Made by a program: the position numbers and the translations under genes. Positions 1-9,436 of a DNA stretch of 61,425 nucleotides are shown here, one piece after another. The notes below the pieces were generated by a model that saw only the letters and a program-made list of their open reading frames with translations, did not search any database and was not told the DNA's origin. Numbering within the stretch: position 1 is the stretch's first letter; each line of letters starts with the position of its first letter. Source of the DNA: Pseudomonadota bacterium (GTDB lineage: Bacteria; Desulfobacterota; Desulfobacteria; Desulfobacterales; JBDRRP01); the NCBI GenBank assembly GCA_043825735.1, contig JBDRRP010000027.1, positions 124,001-185,425 on the forward strand. The letters run 5' to 3'.

Positions 1-43
1 TAACGAAAGGATACCACCCAAAGCGGCCCCGCTGCCGAAGTTA

Positions 44-80
44 ATAAAAACCTCCAGGCGCCTTGCGGCACCTGGAGGTG
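44..80 (-). terminator. Intrinsic terminator after aprA
   Basis: Minus strand ACCTCCAGGTGCC-GCAA-GGCGCCTGGAGGT (GNRA loop) followed by a T tract, about 45 nt after the aprA stop. Confidence 0.75.
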
Positions 81-126
81 TTTACTTTTTATGCGTTGTT
101 TCTACGCATTCGCCATTCGCGCATGA

Positions 127-2103
127 TTACGGGATGAGCTTGATGTATTCCTTCTTGAACACATCCCACTTGTTTGCGGCCGGATCGAACTTGGAGTTGA
201 CGAAGCAGAACCAGTTTTCGTCATCCTGACCCGGGAAATCGCACTGATAGTAGAAACCTGGGTAGCGGGTTTCCTTGCGGAACTGGATGTGGCGAAGGTG
301 AGATTCCACCGTCCAGATGCGGTGCTGGATCTCCCAGGCGCGCATCAGTTCGTGCAGGTCGCCGGCAGCCATTTTCTCGCAGTCCTCGCGCATGGTCTGC
401 AGAAGATCCATTACGATTTCCAGGGACTTGCTGCTGGTCATGTAGAAAGTCGCCGTTCCGGCACCGTACTCATGGGTGGCCTTCATCAGCCGGTACATCA
501 TGCCTTCGGGCTTGACGTAGTTCGGGTTGATGTTGTCGGCGGTGGTGTACTTGCAGTGATCCAGGTACAGGCGCACGGGCTTGTAGACCAGGTCGACCAG
601 ATCCTTGACGCTCTTGTTGAGCTCGGGCTTGAAGCTGGCAAAATCAGTTGCAAACCGCACCATCTGCTTGGCCGCGATGCGCCCCTCGGCATGGGAGCCG
701 GAGGAGAACTTGTGACCGGAGCAGCCGACGCCGTCACCGGAGGTGAAGAGGCCTTCCACAGTGGTCATGCGGTTGTAGACCTTGCCGTTGCGGGCCTTGA
801 TCTTGTAGGCGTCCGGGACCCAGTCGAGATCGGGGCCGGAAGTCCACAGACCGCAGCAGCCGGAGTGGGAACCGAGCAGGTAAGGTTCGGTCGGCATAAC
901 CTCGGAATTCTTCTTCTCGGGCTCGCAGTTCTGGGCGCACCACAGGTTCGCCTGACCGCAGGTCATGTCGAGGAAGTCTTCCCAGGCTTCGGACTCCAGG
1001 TGCTTGAGCTCCTTTTTGTCCATGGTCGCGCCCAAGGTGGCCAGCGCGGTGACGGTGTCCATGATGATGGGGCCGCGGCCCGCCTTCATCTCGAACAGCA
1101 TCAGGTGGTTGCGCAGGCAGGTCGGGGTGATGGCGGCGGTGCCGTAGGGAGCATAGTTCTGCAGCTCTTTCTTGGCGGCGTCGCTACCGGCGAAGTTCTC
1201 GCCCAGACCGTTGAGGGTTTTGGCCTTGAACAGCAGGAACCACGCACCCACCGGGCCGTAACCGTCTTTGAAGCGGGCCGGCGTGAAACGGTTTTCCATC
1301 ATGGAGAGCTCGGCACCGACCTTCATGCACATGGTGTAGGTGGAACCCGCGTTCCATACCGGATACCATGCACGGCCTTTGCCTTCACCGACCGAACGGG
1401 GCTGGTAGATGTTCACCGCGCCGCCGCAAGCCACCATCATGGTTTTGCACTTGATGACGTAGATTCTGTTCTCGCGAACGGAGAAACCCACCGCGCCGGC
1501 GATCTGGTTGGGGACGTTCTTGTCCAGAACCAGCTCGACGATGAAGCAGCGCTCGATGATGTTGTCGTCGCCCAGGGCTTTCTTGGCGGCTTCGGCAACC
1601 ACGCGCTTGTAGGACTCGCCGTTGATCATGATCTGCCATTTGCCGGTGCGGACCGGCTGAGCACCGGACTTCAGGGTACCCATGGTCTGGCCTTTTTTAC
1701 CGTCAAGGTTCTTGCCCTCGGCGGATTTCTTCCAGATCGGCAGGCCCCACTCTTCGAAAAGATAAACGCTGTCGTCCACGTAGCAGCCCAGGTCGAAGAT
1801 CAAATCTTCGCGAACCAGGCCCATGAGGTCGTTACGGACCATGCGGACATAGTCATCGGGGGTGTTGTCGCCGATGAAGGTATTGATGGCGGAAAGACCC
1901 TGTGCAACGGCGCCACTGCGCTCCATGGCGGCCTTGTCGCAAAGCAGGACCGTCTGGCCCTCTTTCATCCATTTCTTGATTTCGAATGCCGTACCGCAGG
2001 CAGCCATACCACCGCCGACGATGAGAATGTCGACTTCCTTCTCAACCACTTCCGGGTCTCTAACGGCCTTAAGTTCGCCCTTGGGTTTATTCGGTAATGC
2101 CAT
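127..2103 (-). CDS. aprA: Adenylylsulfate (APS) reductase alpha subunit
   Basis: 658 aa; FAD motif IVGGGMAACG, RSGAVAQGLSAIN, GKWQIMINGESYK, GHKFSSGSHAEGR; RBS AGGAGG; follows aprB. Confidence 0.98.
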   Translation of the reverse strand: MALPNKPKGELKAVRDPEVVEKEVDILIVGGGMAACGTAFEIKKWMKEGQTVLLCDKAAMERSGAVAQGLSAINTFIGDNTPDDYVRMVRNDLMGLVREDLIFDLGCYVDDSVYLFEEWGLPIWKKSAEGKNLDGKKGQTMGTLKSGAQPVRTGKWQIMINGESYKRVVAEAAKKALGDDNIIERCFIVELVLDKNVPNQIAGAVGFSVRENRIYVIKCKTMMVACGGAVNIYQPRSVGEGKGRAWYPVWNAGSTYTMCMKVGAELSMMENRFTPARFKDGYGPVGAWFLLFKAKTLNGLGENFAGSDAAKKELQNYAPYGTAAITPTCLRNHLMLFEMKAGRGPIIMDTVTALATLGATMDKKELKHLESEAWEDFLDMTCGQANLWCAQNCEPEKKNSEVMPTEPYLLGSHSGCCGLWTSGPDLDWVPDAYKIKARNGKVYNRMTTVEGLFTSGDGVGCSGHKFSSGSHAEGRIAAKQMVRFATDFASFKPELNKSVKDLVDLVYKPVRLYLDHCKYTTADNINPNYVKPEGMMYRLMKATHEYGAGTATFYMTSSKSLEIVMDLLQTMREDCEKMAAGDLHELMRAWEIQHRIWTVESHLRHIQFRKETRYPGFYYQCDFPGQDDENWFCFVNSKFDPAANKWDVFKKEYIKLIP

Positions 2104-2164
2104 ATGTCGTCCTCCTTACACTGAGAAATGAAATTCGTTGGTGTCGCTTACACGACGAGCCGGT

Positions 2165-2602
2165 TTAGACCAAGGCCTGGGGCTTCGGAAGAACAACGCC
2201 GTCTGCTTCCTGGGTGGAAAGCAGCGGGCTTTCCAGATCCTTGCCCTTGAGGCCGGCATAATCATTCGCGGCGCCTTCAGGAGTGGTACGGATGGGGAAC
2301 TTAAAGCGTTTCACAAGGCCGTTACGGAACTTGCAGGTCCACATGACGTCTTCGGTGCCCATCATCGGCATGATGCTGCTTCCCAGTGGTACGAAGTCGG
2401 CATAGCCGCGCACTTCGATGGCCTGGGACGGGCAAATCTTTACACATGAAAAACATTCCCAGCACTGATCGGGTTCCTGGTTGTAAGCCTTCATCTCATT
2501 GGGCTCCAGGACCATCAGGTCGTTGGGGCAAATGTACATGCAAGCGGTCTTATCGCCACCCTTGCAGCCGTCACATTTTTCTGCGATTACGAAACTTGGC
2601 AT
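2165..2602 (-). CDS. aprB: APS reductase beta subunit
   Basis: MPSFVIAEKCDGCKG...CMYICP and CWECFSCVKICP 4Fe-4S motifs, KRFKFPIRTT tail; RBS AGGAGG. Confidence 0.98.
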   Translation of the reverse strand: MPSFVIAEKCDGCKGGDKTACMYICPNDLMVLEPNEMKAYNQEPDQCWECFSCVKICPSQAIEVRGYADFVPLGSSIMPMMGTEDVMWTCKFRNGLVKRFKFPIRTTPEGAANDYAGLKGKDLESPLLSTQEADGVVLPKPQALV

Positions 2603-2861
2603 TTAATATACCTCCTGGTTTTGATTCATTAACACCAAACGCCTGCTCTGCTCTTCTCTCGTTTCGTGGTCCGTGGTCTCTTTAACACCTCCCTTCAATA
2701 CGCTGAGCGGGGAACCTGACCCGCCGAACTCGGTGGATTTTTTCCATACCTCTCGGTAATCGTCCCTATGCCGTCGGCAACACCCGTTCGGAGTGTGCCC
2801 TTTATGCCGACTATTAATTTTTTCCCTATAATTTCAGCAGGATATAGAATGCAAGGGTACT

Positions 2862-2890
2862 TAAATATCACCGCCCCCTATCGTTGTCAA
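2862..2890 (-). promoter_or_regulatory. Candidate sigma70 promoter for aprBA
   Basis: Minus strand TTGACA, 17 nt, TATTTA with a TG extension. Confidence 0.35.
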
Positions 2891-3121
2891 GGCTTTTTGG
2901 CGCCCCCCCACACCCCCGCAAACCGTTGATTTTCGCGGCATCCAGGTGGGTTTTCCATATGTGGCGGGCCATCGTAAGACAGCCCCAACATATGGTGCAC
3001 CCATTGCCCGCTGGTGATGTCCCTGACGCGCGGCAACGGCTTATCGTGGTTGACTTCGCGGAAAAAAATGATACCACAGAGCCGACTTGTAAAAGAGCCT
3101 TTTATCACATTGGAGGTATTA

Positions 3122-3856
3122 GTGGAATCTGAGATTTTACCGCTGGACCCGGCAGCGCCGTTTCGCTTCCGCTGCGGCCCGCAGGTCCCCTGTTTCAACG
3201 CGTGTTGTCGCGACCTGGTGCAACTGCTCTCCCCGTTGGACGTCATTCGACTCAAGCAGCACCTGGCCATGACGGCCACGACCTTTTTAGAACGCTACAC
3301 CGTCTCCTATCCCGGCCCGGAGACCGGACTACCCGTTGTGAGCCTGGCACCGGCTCCGGGCTCCGGCGGGGTCTGTCCCTTCGTTCAGGACGCGGGCTGC
3401 CGGGTCTATCCTGCCCGGCCCACATCATGCCGCACCTATCCGGTTGCCCGGGCCATTAGCCGCTGCCGGCAAACCGGCCGTCTTTCCGAGCACTTTGCCC
3501 TGATCCGGGAGCCGCACTGCAAAGGGTTTGACCAACCCGGCGCGCAAACCATCGGTCAGTGGCTGGAGGCACAGGCGGCATCGGCCGACTTTGCCGTGAC
3601 CGATGGGCTCATGGATATCATTCAGCTCAAAAACCGCCTACGCCCGGGCCCTCTGGCGCCCGAAGAGATGACCCGGTGCCGCATGGCGCTTTACGACATG
3701 GACCGATTCAGGGAGTTTATCAACACCGAGCCCGTCATCGCCGGGCGCCCCATCGAAGCCGGGCAATGGAAAACCGCGCAATCGGATGACCTGGCCCTGC
3801 TCACGCTGGCGATGGCATGGGTGCGCCATTACCTTTTCGGACAGGCGCCGGACTGA
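3122..3856 (+). CDS. YkgJ-family cysteine-cluster (Fe-S/Zn) protein
   Basis: FRFRCGPQVPCFNACC...CPFV...GCRVYPARPTSCRTYP; start set to GTG 3122 after GGAGGT. Confidence 0.85.
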   Translation: MESEILPLDPAAPFRFRCGPQVPCFNACCRDLVQLLSPLDVIRLKQHLAMTATTFLERYTVSYPGPETGLPVVSLAPAPGSGGVCPFVQDAGCRVYPARPTSCRTYPVARAISRCRQTGRLSEHFALIREPHCKGFDQPGAQTIGQWLEAQAASADFAVTDGLMDIIQLKNRLRPGPLAPEEMTRCRMALYDMDRFREFINTEPVIAGRPIEAGQWKTAQSDDLALLTLAMAWVRHYLFGQAPD

Positions 3857-3910
3857 TGGAGCGTTGGGAGCGTTAGGAGCGTTTGGAGCGTTGGGGTCGT
3901 TTGGGTCGTT
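3857..3910. repeat. 9-bp tandem array, 6 units (nGGAGCGTT x4, nGGGTCGTT x2)
   Basis: Counted directly; starts at the base after the TGA of the YkgJ gene. Confidence 0.9.
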
Positions 3911-4048
3911 TGCCGGCAACACCGGTGACTTTTAATAACGATCAACGGCCGCGGCTGGGCTTGCTGCGTCAGCGGCGAGCGATTTTTCCGAAAACGCTGA
4001 CCCCGGCACAGGGGTTCATCGGCAACATCCAACGGAGGCAATTCCCTC

Positions 4049-4864
4049 ATGGATCTTAAAGGCAAAACAGCCCTGGTCCCCGGCGCCGTCAAAGGCATCG
4101 GAAAGGCCATCGCCCTCGCACTGGCACGCGCCGGGGCCAATGTCGTCGCCAACTGGTTCGACTGGGAAGAAAGCCTGCCGTCACTGGTAGCCGATCTTGA
4201 AGCCGCCGGCGGCCGCTGCCTGATCCGGCGGACAGACCTCACGGATACTGAGGCCGCATCCCGCCTGGTCCAGGACACTGCGGCGCATTTCGGCGCCATC
4301 GATATTCTGGTAAACAATATCGAACGGGGCGGATGGCCGGTGGTGCACGGCACCTACCGGCGAAGTCAGTGGGACCTGGAGCAGGCGACCACTCTCAGGG
4401 CCAAACAGTGGCTGTTCGAAGGTGCCCTGCCCCACCTGAAAGCCTCTGGAGACGGTGTGGTAATCAATATCTCCTCCATCGCCGGCATCGTCGGCCGCAC
4501 CGGTCCGGCCAGCTACGTCTTCAATGACGGGTATGCCGCCGCCAATCGGGGGATTTCAATGCTGACCGAAACCTGGGCGCGGCTCGGGGCTCCAGAAGTC
4601 CGGGTCAACGAAATCATGCTGGGGCTGGTGGAGACCCGACACGGACCCGGCACCCGCGGCTGGGGGCTGCTAACGGCGCCGCAACAGGAGGCCCTGCGCG
4701 CCCACACCCTGCTGGGGCGCACCGGCCTTGTGTCGGATGTGGTGGATGCGGTGATGTTTCTGATCACCGGCGCCCGGTTCATGACCGGTGCCACGATTCG
4801 GCTGGACGGCGGGTATGTGCTCGGCGGCGAGGCGGTGGGGCCCATGCCGGAAGGCGTCGAGTAG
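4049..4864 (+). CDS. SDR-family NAD(P)-dependent oxidoreductase
   Basis: PGAVKGIGKAIA Rossmann motif, IDILVNN, NISSIAG, MTGATIRLDGG; catalytic motif reads YAAAN rather than YxxxK. Confidence 0.9.
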   Translation: MDLKGKTALVPGAVKGIGKAIALALARAGANVVANWFDWEESLPSLVADLEAAGGRCLIRRTDLTDTEAASRLVQDTAAHFGAIDILVNNIERGGWPVVHGTYRRSQWDLEQATTLRAKQWLFEGALPHLKASGDGVVINISSIAGIVGRTGPASYVFNDGYAAANRGISMLTETWARLGAPEVRVNEIMLGLVETRHGPGTRGWGLLTAPQQEALRAHTLLGRTGLVSDVVDAVMFLITGARFMTGATIRLDGGYVLGGEAVGPMPEGVE

Positions 4865-4910
4865 TGCCCGCCCGGAAGCGGCATCTTTTGGCCGGAATCT
4901 AACCGATCTT

Positions 4911-5063
4911 AACGATCCAAACGATCCAAACGATCCAAACGATCCAAACGATCCAAACGATCCAAACGATCCAAACGATCCAAACGATCCAAACGATCCC
5001 AACGATCCCAACGATCCCAACGCCCCTAACGATCCTAACGATCCTAACGATCCTAACGCCCCC
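4911..5063. repeat. 9-bp tandem array, 17 units of AACGATCCn-type
   Basis: 9x AACGATCCA, 3x AACGATCCC, AACGCCCCT, 3x AACGATCCT, AACGCCCCC; overlaps the stop of the gene at 5053. Confidence 0.95.
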
Positions 5064-6237
5064 CACGCACCAGCGGCAGCCGCGCGTTCTGGGCCTTTAT
5101 CTCCGCCGTTTCCAGACGATTGATCTCATCGATATGCGCGGCCATCAGGCGCCGCAGCCGCCCGTCCCGGAATCGGTGCACGCTGAAGTTGAGCACTGAC
5201 ACAAACCCGCGGCGCAGTTTGTGCTCGCCGCCCATGCCCGGATCGTAAAACCGCACCCCGTTGTCGATGGCCCACGCGATGGGGGTGTAGTAGCAGGCGT
5301 TGAAATGCAGGGCGGGGATATCGCGCGCACCGCCCCAGTAACGGCCATACAGCCACAGCCCTTTCCGAACGAACATGGCCATGGCCACCGGATCGACAGG
5401 CATCCGGCCGGCTTCGGTGGCCGATACAAATACCAGGCGGCGGCCGAAGGCATCGGACAATCCCGCAAAGAAGTCAGGCGTCAGGTATTTACAGCCCCAG
5501 AGCCCGAATTTGTCGTTGGTGCGCGCGTAGTAGGCGTGCATCCGGGCGTAGGCACCCGGCGGCAGATCTCTACCGCCATGCACCGACAAACTGATCCCGG
5601 CTGCGCTCAGCGCGCGCCGCTCCCGCCGGATGTTGCGTCGCTGGTTGGTGTTGAACCGGGAAAGGTAATCCTCGAACCCGCGGTAGCCCGCATTTGCCCA
5701 GCGGTAACTCTGGTGGCGCCACTCCAGATACCCGCCATCGTGAAACAATTTCCGCACCGCCGGCGCGATAAAGAGAAAATGACTTCCGGACAGCGCGTTG
5801 GCCTCACAGAAGCGATCGATGGCTGAGAGCATCAACCGGCTGAGCGCAGAGGCGTTCTCGCCGGAATCCATTAGGAACCGATACCCTGCCAGCGGCGTCA
5901 CCGGCACCATACCCACCAGCTTCGGGTAATAGCGCAACCCCATCCTGGCCGCGGCCTGGGCCCACACATAGTCGAAAACAAACTCGCCGCTGCTGTGGGT
6001 TTTGACGTAAAGCGGCGCTGCGGCAACCAGCCGGCCGGCCCGGTGCACGGTCAGGTGGCAGGGATGCCAGCCGGTCTCCGGTGAAATGCTGCCGGAGGTC
6101 TCCATCAGAGAGAGCCACTCCCATTCCAGAAACGGAGTTTCCAGTGGCACGGCCAAACGGTTCCAGGCCGCTTTGTCAATCCGCTGCATACCCGGGTGCC
6201 ATTGAAGGGCATAAGCGTCAGGGGGGGGCAGCGTCAT
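5053..6237 (-). CDS. GNAT/FemAB-like acyltransferase (DUF482 type)
   Basis: PLYVKTHSSGEFVFDY, YYPKL, LYGRYWG, LHFNACYY, GEHKLRRGF. Confidence 0.85.
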   Translation of the reverse strand: MTLPPPDAYALQWHPGMQRIDKAAWNRLAVPLETPFLEWEWLSLMETSGSISPETGWHPCHLTVHRAGRLVAAAPLYVKTHSSGEFVFDYVWAQAAARMGLRYYPKLVGMVPVTPLAGYRFLMDSGENASALSRLMLSAIDRFCEANALSGSHFLFIAPAVRKLFHDGGYLEWRHQSYRWANAGYRGFEDYLSRFNTNQRRNIRRERRALSAAGISLSVHGGRDLPPGAYARMHAYYARTNDKFGLWGCKYLTPDFFAGLSDAFGRRLVFVSATEAGRMPVDPVAMAMFVRKGLWLYGRYWGGARDIPALHFNACYYTPIAWAIDNGVRFYDPGMGGEHKLRRGFVSVLNFSVHRFRDGRLRRLMAAHIDEINRLETAEIKAQNARLPLVRGGR

Positions 6238-6443
6238 TGGACCGTCGTCTCTGCCATAGAAGCCATCTCAAAAAAGTCTTTTTGCCCCCAATTCTCCAGA
6301 GGCGGACAAGTTCCGGGAGGATAGACCGTCCACCTGAGGACGGGCGCTGCCTTGAAAGTGGCAAAGGATAATACCGGCAACGGCCGCTGTCATGGGATGA
6401 ATCCGGACAAAACGTTCTTTGAATCGCGAAGGCAGGCGCCGGT

Positions 6444-6470
6444 TCAAGTCATTGGGTAACCTGCCGATAG
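6444..6470 (+). promoter_or_regulatory. Sigma28 (FliA)-like promoter upstream of lytic transglycosylase
   Basis: TCAAGTCA-N11-GCCGATAG versus consensus TAAAGTTT-N11-GCCGATAA. Confidence 0.55.
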
Positions 6471-6481
6471 GGTAATCAAAC

Positions 6482-6514
6482 ACAGACGACAGACGACAGA
6501 CGACAGACGACAGA
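6482..6514. repeat. Heptamer tandem repeat (ACAGACG) x4.7
   Basis: Perfect repeat counted directly; intergenic. Confidence 0.9.
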
Positions 6515-6739
6515 AAACCTGAAACACCGGTGAAAGCAACAGCGTCAAGGCCAAATTAACAGGAATGGACAGGATGTTTCAAAAAACAGCAAGCCGTTCT
6601 GATTTTTGCCCTGAATATCCAGTGCATCCTTAGTAAATAATCGCCGTTTTACCCTTTGAAGTTTCATTCAAGACGCAGCGCACCCCCGGAGCACACGTCG
6701 CGTGCCCCCGGGATTACAGCACGAACTGGAAATAACAGC

Positions 6740-7402
6740 ATGCGCCCTCACCCCTTGATAGCCGTCGCGGTCGTGATCGTTCTCTTATATCCGGCCCTAT
6801 CGGCCGCCGCGTCGACGAGCGCCGACCTGACCCGGAAACTGAAGATGGCCGGCTACCGCAGCAGCGAAATCCAGGACGTGATCAGCGGTCGAAAATCCTT
6901 GGGCGAAATCAAGACCAACATCCGCCGAAAGCTCCTGGGCCTCGGGCCGGCACCGGCCGCGCCCAGGCGTCACCCCAAGGGTCTCACTGGGGGCATGATC
7001 GCCGCCAAACCCTATCTGGTCGCAGTGAGAACAGCCTCCCGCCGCCACGGTGTCACCGCCGCCCTGATTCTGGCTGTCATTCAGGCGGAGAGCGCATTCA
7101 TCGCCACCGCCGTCTCTCGCCGGGGGGCCGTCGGCTTGATGCAACTGATGCCCGGCACGGCCGACGCCCTGGGTGTGCGCAACGCCTTTGACCCGTTGGA
7201 AAATATCTCCGGCGGTACGCGCTATCTGTCCTATTGCCTCACGCGATTCGGCAGCACGGTACTGGCGCTGGCCGCATACAATGCCGGCCCCGAGAGCGTG
7301 ACTGCCCACGCCGGCATTCCGCCGTGGGCGGAAACCCATCAATATGTGCAACGGGTACTGGCCTATGAGCGGTATTTCCGCCAACAGATCGGTCCCATGT
7401 AG
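6740..7402 (+). CDS. Lytic transglycosylase (SLT domain), exported
   Basis: AVIQAESAF, GAVGLMQLMP, LALAAYNAGP, ETHQYV; signal peptide from ATG 6740. Confidence 0.92.
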   Translation: MRPHPLIAVAVVIVLLYPALSAAASTSADLTRKLKMAGYRSSEIQDVISGRKSLGEIKTNIRRKLLGLGPAPAAPRRHPKGLTGGMIAAKPYLVAVRTASRRHGVTAALILAVIQAESAFIATAVSRRGAVGLMQLMPGTADALGVRNAFDPLENISGGTRYLSYCLTRFGSTVLALAAYNAGPESVTAHAGIPPWAETHQYVQRVLAYERYFRQQIGPM

Positions 7403-7704
7403 CGCCGGGCGCCGAAGCGCCATTGCCGGTGCCTCGCAGCAACCAAAAAACAGTACTCGCGCAAAGACGCAGCGCGCGCAGAGAACTTCAAAAGAGAAAT
7501 ACAGGAATCTGGTTCTGGTTCACATTCGGCGCAGCGGGCAAAGTCAACTTGAAACGGCACGTGCCAGTTTCATCAATTATCCACGACATGTAGTGCTTCA
7601 ACGTCGGTTGACATACCATATATAAAGGCATTATAGACGTTTCAGATAAATGCCTATCCACAGATGACAACGGATATCCGGTTCGACGGCGGGTGTATTG
7701 ATCA

Positions 7705-9060
7705 TTGAGACCGCTCAAATCTATCATTTTAAGCAACCAGAATGTCAATAAACCGCCCCGCGGCCGGCACCGACTGCCGCCTGCGGCACTCATCGCGGTC
7801 GGCGTTTTTCTGGGAGCGATCGCGGCCAGTGTGTTCTGGGGCGCCACCGGATCGCTCAGGCATCAACCTGTGGCGACAGCCGCCCTGGCGCCATCACCGG
7901 CGCCCAGAGATACCCCGACGGGGACAACCCCTGATTTATGGGACGGCCCCATCGTCTACCGCCACCCGGGCAGCGGGCCGCTGAACCTCATCCTCGTCGA
8001 AAAAAAAACCCAGAGCCTGCGGCTGTACCGGTTTGACGGCGCCTATACGCTGATCAAGACCTATCCGTGCGCCACCGGTGAAAAGCAGGGGAAAAAAAGA
8101 GAAGAAAACGACGAAAAAACGCCCGAAGGCATCTATTTCAACACCAAGACCTACCGGGACCGGAAAATCACCGTATTCGGCGACCGGGCCTTTGAGCTCA
8201 ACTACCCGAGCCCCTACGACACCCTGGAGGGCAATGGCGGCCACGGCATTTACATCCACGGATCCAACCGAAGCGTCAGCCCCAACTCCACCAATGGCTG
8301 CGTGGCGCTGGACAACAAGAACCTGGCCGATCTGGACAGCCGCATCGATGTGAAAAAAACCCCGGTAATCATCGGCGACACCCTGCCCTACCGCTTCAAT
8401 CCCCCCGGCACCGAGATGGCCGCGCTGCTGCCCACCCTCCAGCAAGCCATGCGCCCTGCCGAACTGGCGCCCGCGGACGTATCGATCGAAGACCTCACGG
8501 TGCTCGCGTACCGGGACACCCGGCTGGCCGTGGGGCGCATTCACAGCAAAGCGCCGGCGCGCCTCGCGGGTCTTTCACGGCTGTATATGAACCGGCCCTC
8601 CCCGGAAATGACCGTGCTCATCCGGCGCGAATGGATGGCTGAAGCCCCGGCCACTGTGTCGGAGACAACAACAGCCGCGGCCATCCCGCCGCCATCGGGG
8701 CCGGTAGAGCAGGTCAAAAGCAGCGTGGAATCCTGGCGGAAAGCCTGGGAAAGCAAGGCCATCGGCACCTACATCGGCCACTATCACCCGGACTTCGAGA
8801 GCAACGGGAAAAACCGCGGGGAGTGGAAGGCCTACAAGGATCGGTTGAACCAGAAATACAAGCGTATCTCGGTGGGCGTGGGCAGCCTGCGCGTTTCCGT
8901 GGACGGAGACAGCGCAACCGCCACCTTCCGCCAGCGCTACCGCTCCGATGCCTTCAAATCGGAAGGCTACAAAAAGCTGACGCTGAAACGTGAAAAAGAC
9001 GGGTGGAAAATCCTGCGTGAAGACTCCTACAGCAGCAAGCCCCCCGGCTGGCCTGCCTGA
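7705..9060 (+). CDS. L,D-transpeptidase (YkuD) with C-terminal NTF2-like domain
   Basis: KTPEGIY, IYIHG...STNGCVAL catalytic motif; N-terminal TM; C-terminal WRKAWESK...FRQRYRSD. Confidence 0.9.
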   Translation: MRPLKSIILSNQNVNKPPRGRHRLPPAALIAVGVFLGAIAASVFWGATGSLRHQPVATAALAPSPAPRDTPTGTTPDLWDGPIVYRHPGSGPLNLILVEKKTQSLRLYRFDGAYTLIKTYPCATGEKQGKKREENDEKTPEGIYFNTKTYRDRKITVFGDRAFELNYPSPYDTLEGNGGHGIYIHGSNRSVSPNSTNGCVALDNKNLADLDSRIDVKKTPVIIGDTLPYRFNPPGTEMAALLPTLQQAMRPAELAPADVSIEDLTVLAYRDTRLAVGRIHSKAPARLAGLSRLYMNRPSPEMTVLIRREWMAEAPATVSETTTAAAIPPPSGPVEQVKSSVESWRKAWESKAIGTYIGHYHPDFESNGKNRGEWKAYKDRLNQKYKRISVGVGSLRVSVDGDSATATFRQRYRSDAFKSEGYKKLTLKREKDGWKILREDSYSSKPPGWPA

Positions 9061-9139
9061 CAAACCTACATCGACGCCCTCCATGATGCAAACGAAGGCG
9101 ATTTGAAAACGCTTCTGGAATTAAGTCGCCGAAATTATT

Positions 9140-9163
9140 GTAGGGCGAACCTCGTGTTCGCCT
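9140..9163 (+). repeat. GTAG-type REP-like palindrome
   Basis: GTAG-GGCGAAC-CTCGT-GTTCGCC; single copy. Confidence 0.55.
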
Positions 9164-9275
9164 TGAAACAGGCAGAAACATAAAAACACCGGGTTACTTC
9201 TCACGAATCTTTATTCATGAATGTCCCATCCTGCCCATCTACCACTGGATCATCTGCAAATAGTTTTGGAAAAAC

Positions 9276-9302
9276 TTAAGTTTCATTAAGCATTGCCGAT
9301 AT
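9276..9302 (+). promoter_or_regulatory. Sigma28-like promoter upstream of the FIST gene
   Basis: TTAAGTTT-N11-GCCGATAT. Confidence 0.6.
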
Positions 9303-9436
9303 TTATATGCGAAGTGGAAGCATAACAGTTGGCATCCCAATCGTAAACTAAAGCGCATTGAGCCCGATGGTTACTGAAAAACAAACGGATTCATTAACAA
9401 AAAGATTTCCTCCCGCCTGACAAAGGAGCATGGATA

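Noticed and set aside
289..2097. 602-aa plus-strand ORF and other long antisense ORFs (e.g. 20284-21963, 25738-26925, 45436-46821)
   Set aside because: Shadows of well-supported genes on the opposite strand, expected with high-GC codon bias; no motifs.
4911..5063. CRISPR array
   Set aside because: Contiguous 9-bp units with no unique spacers; no cas genes in the window.
4670..5123. NDP-repeat and GSF-repeat ORFs
   Set aside because: Translations of the 9-bp array, overlapping real genes, with no RBS.
7577..7662. Two DnaA-box-like 9-mers (TTATCCACG, CTATCCACA) as an origin
   Set aside because: Only two one-mismatch boxes and no dnaA/gidA context.
9058..9183. Selenocysteine readthrough of the L,D-transpeptidase TGA
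   Set aside because: The protein is complete at the TGA, there is no redox context, and I see no convincing SECIS.
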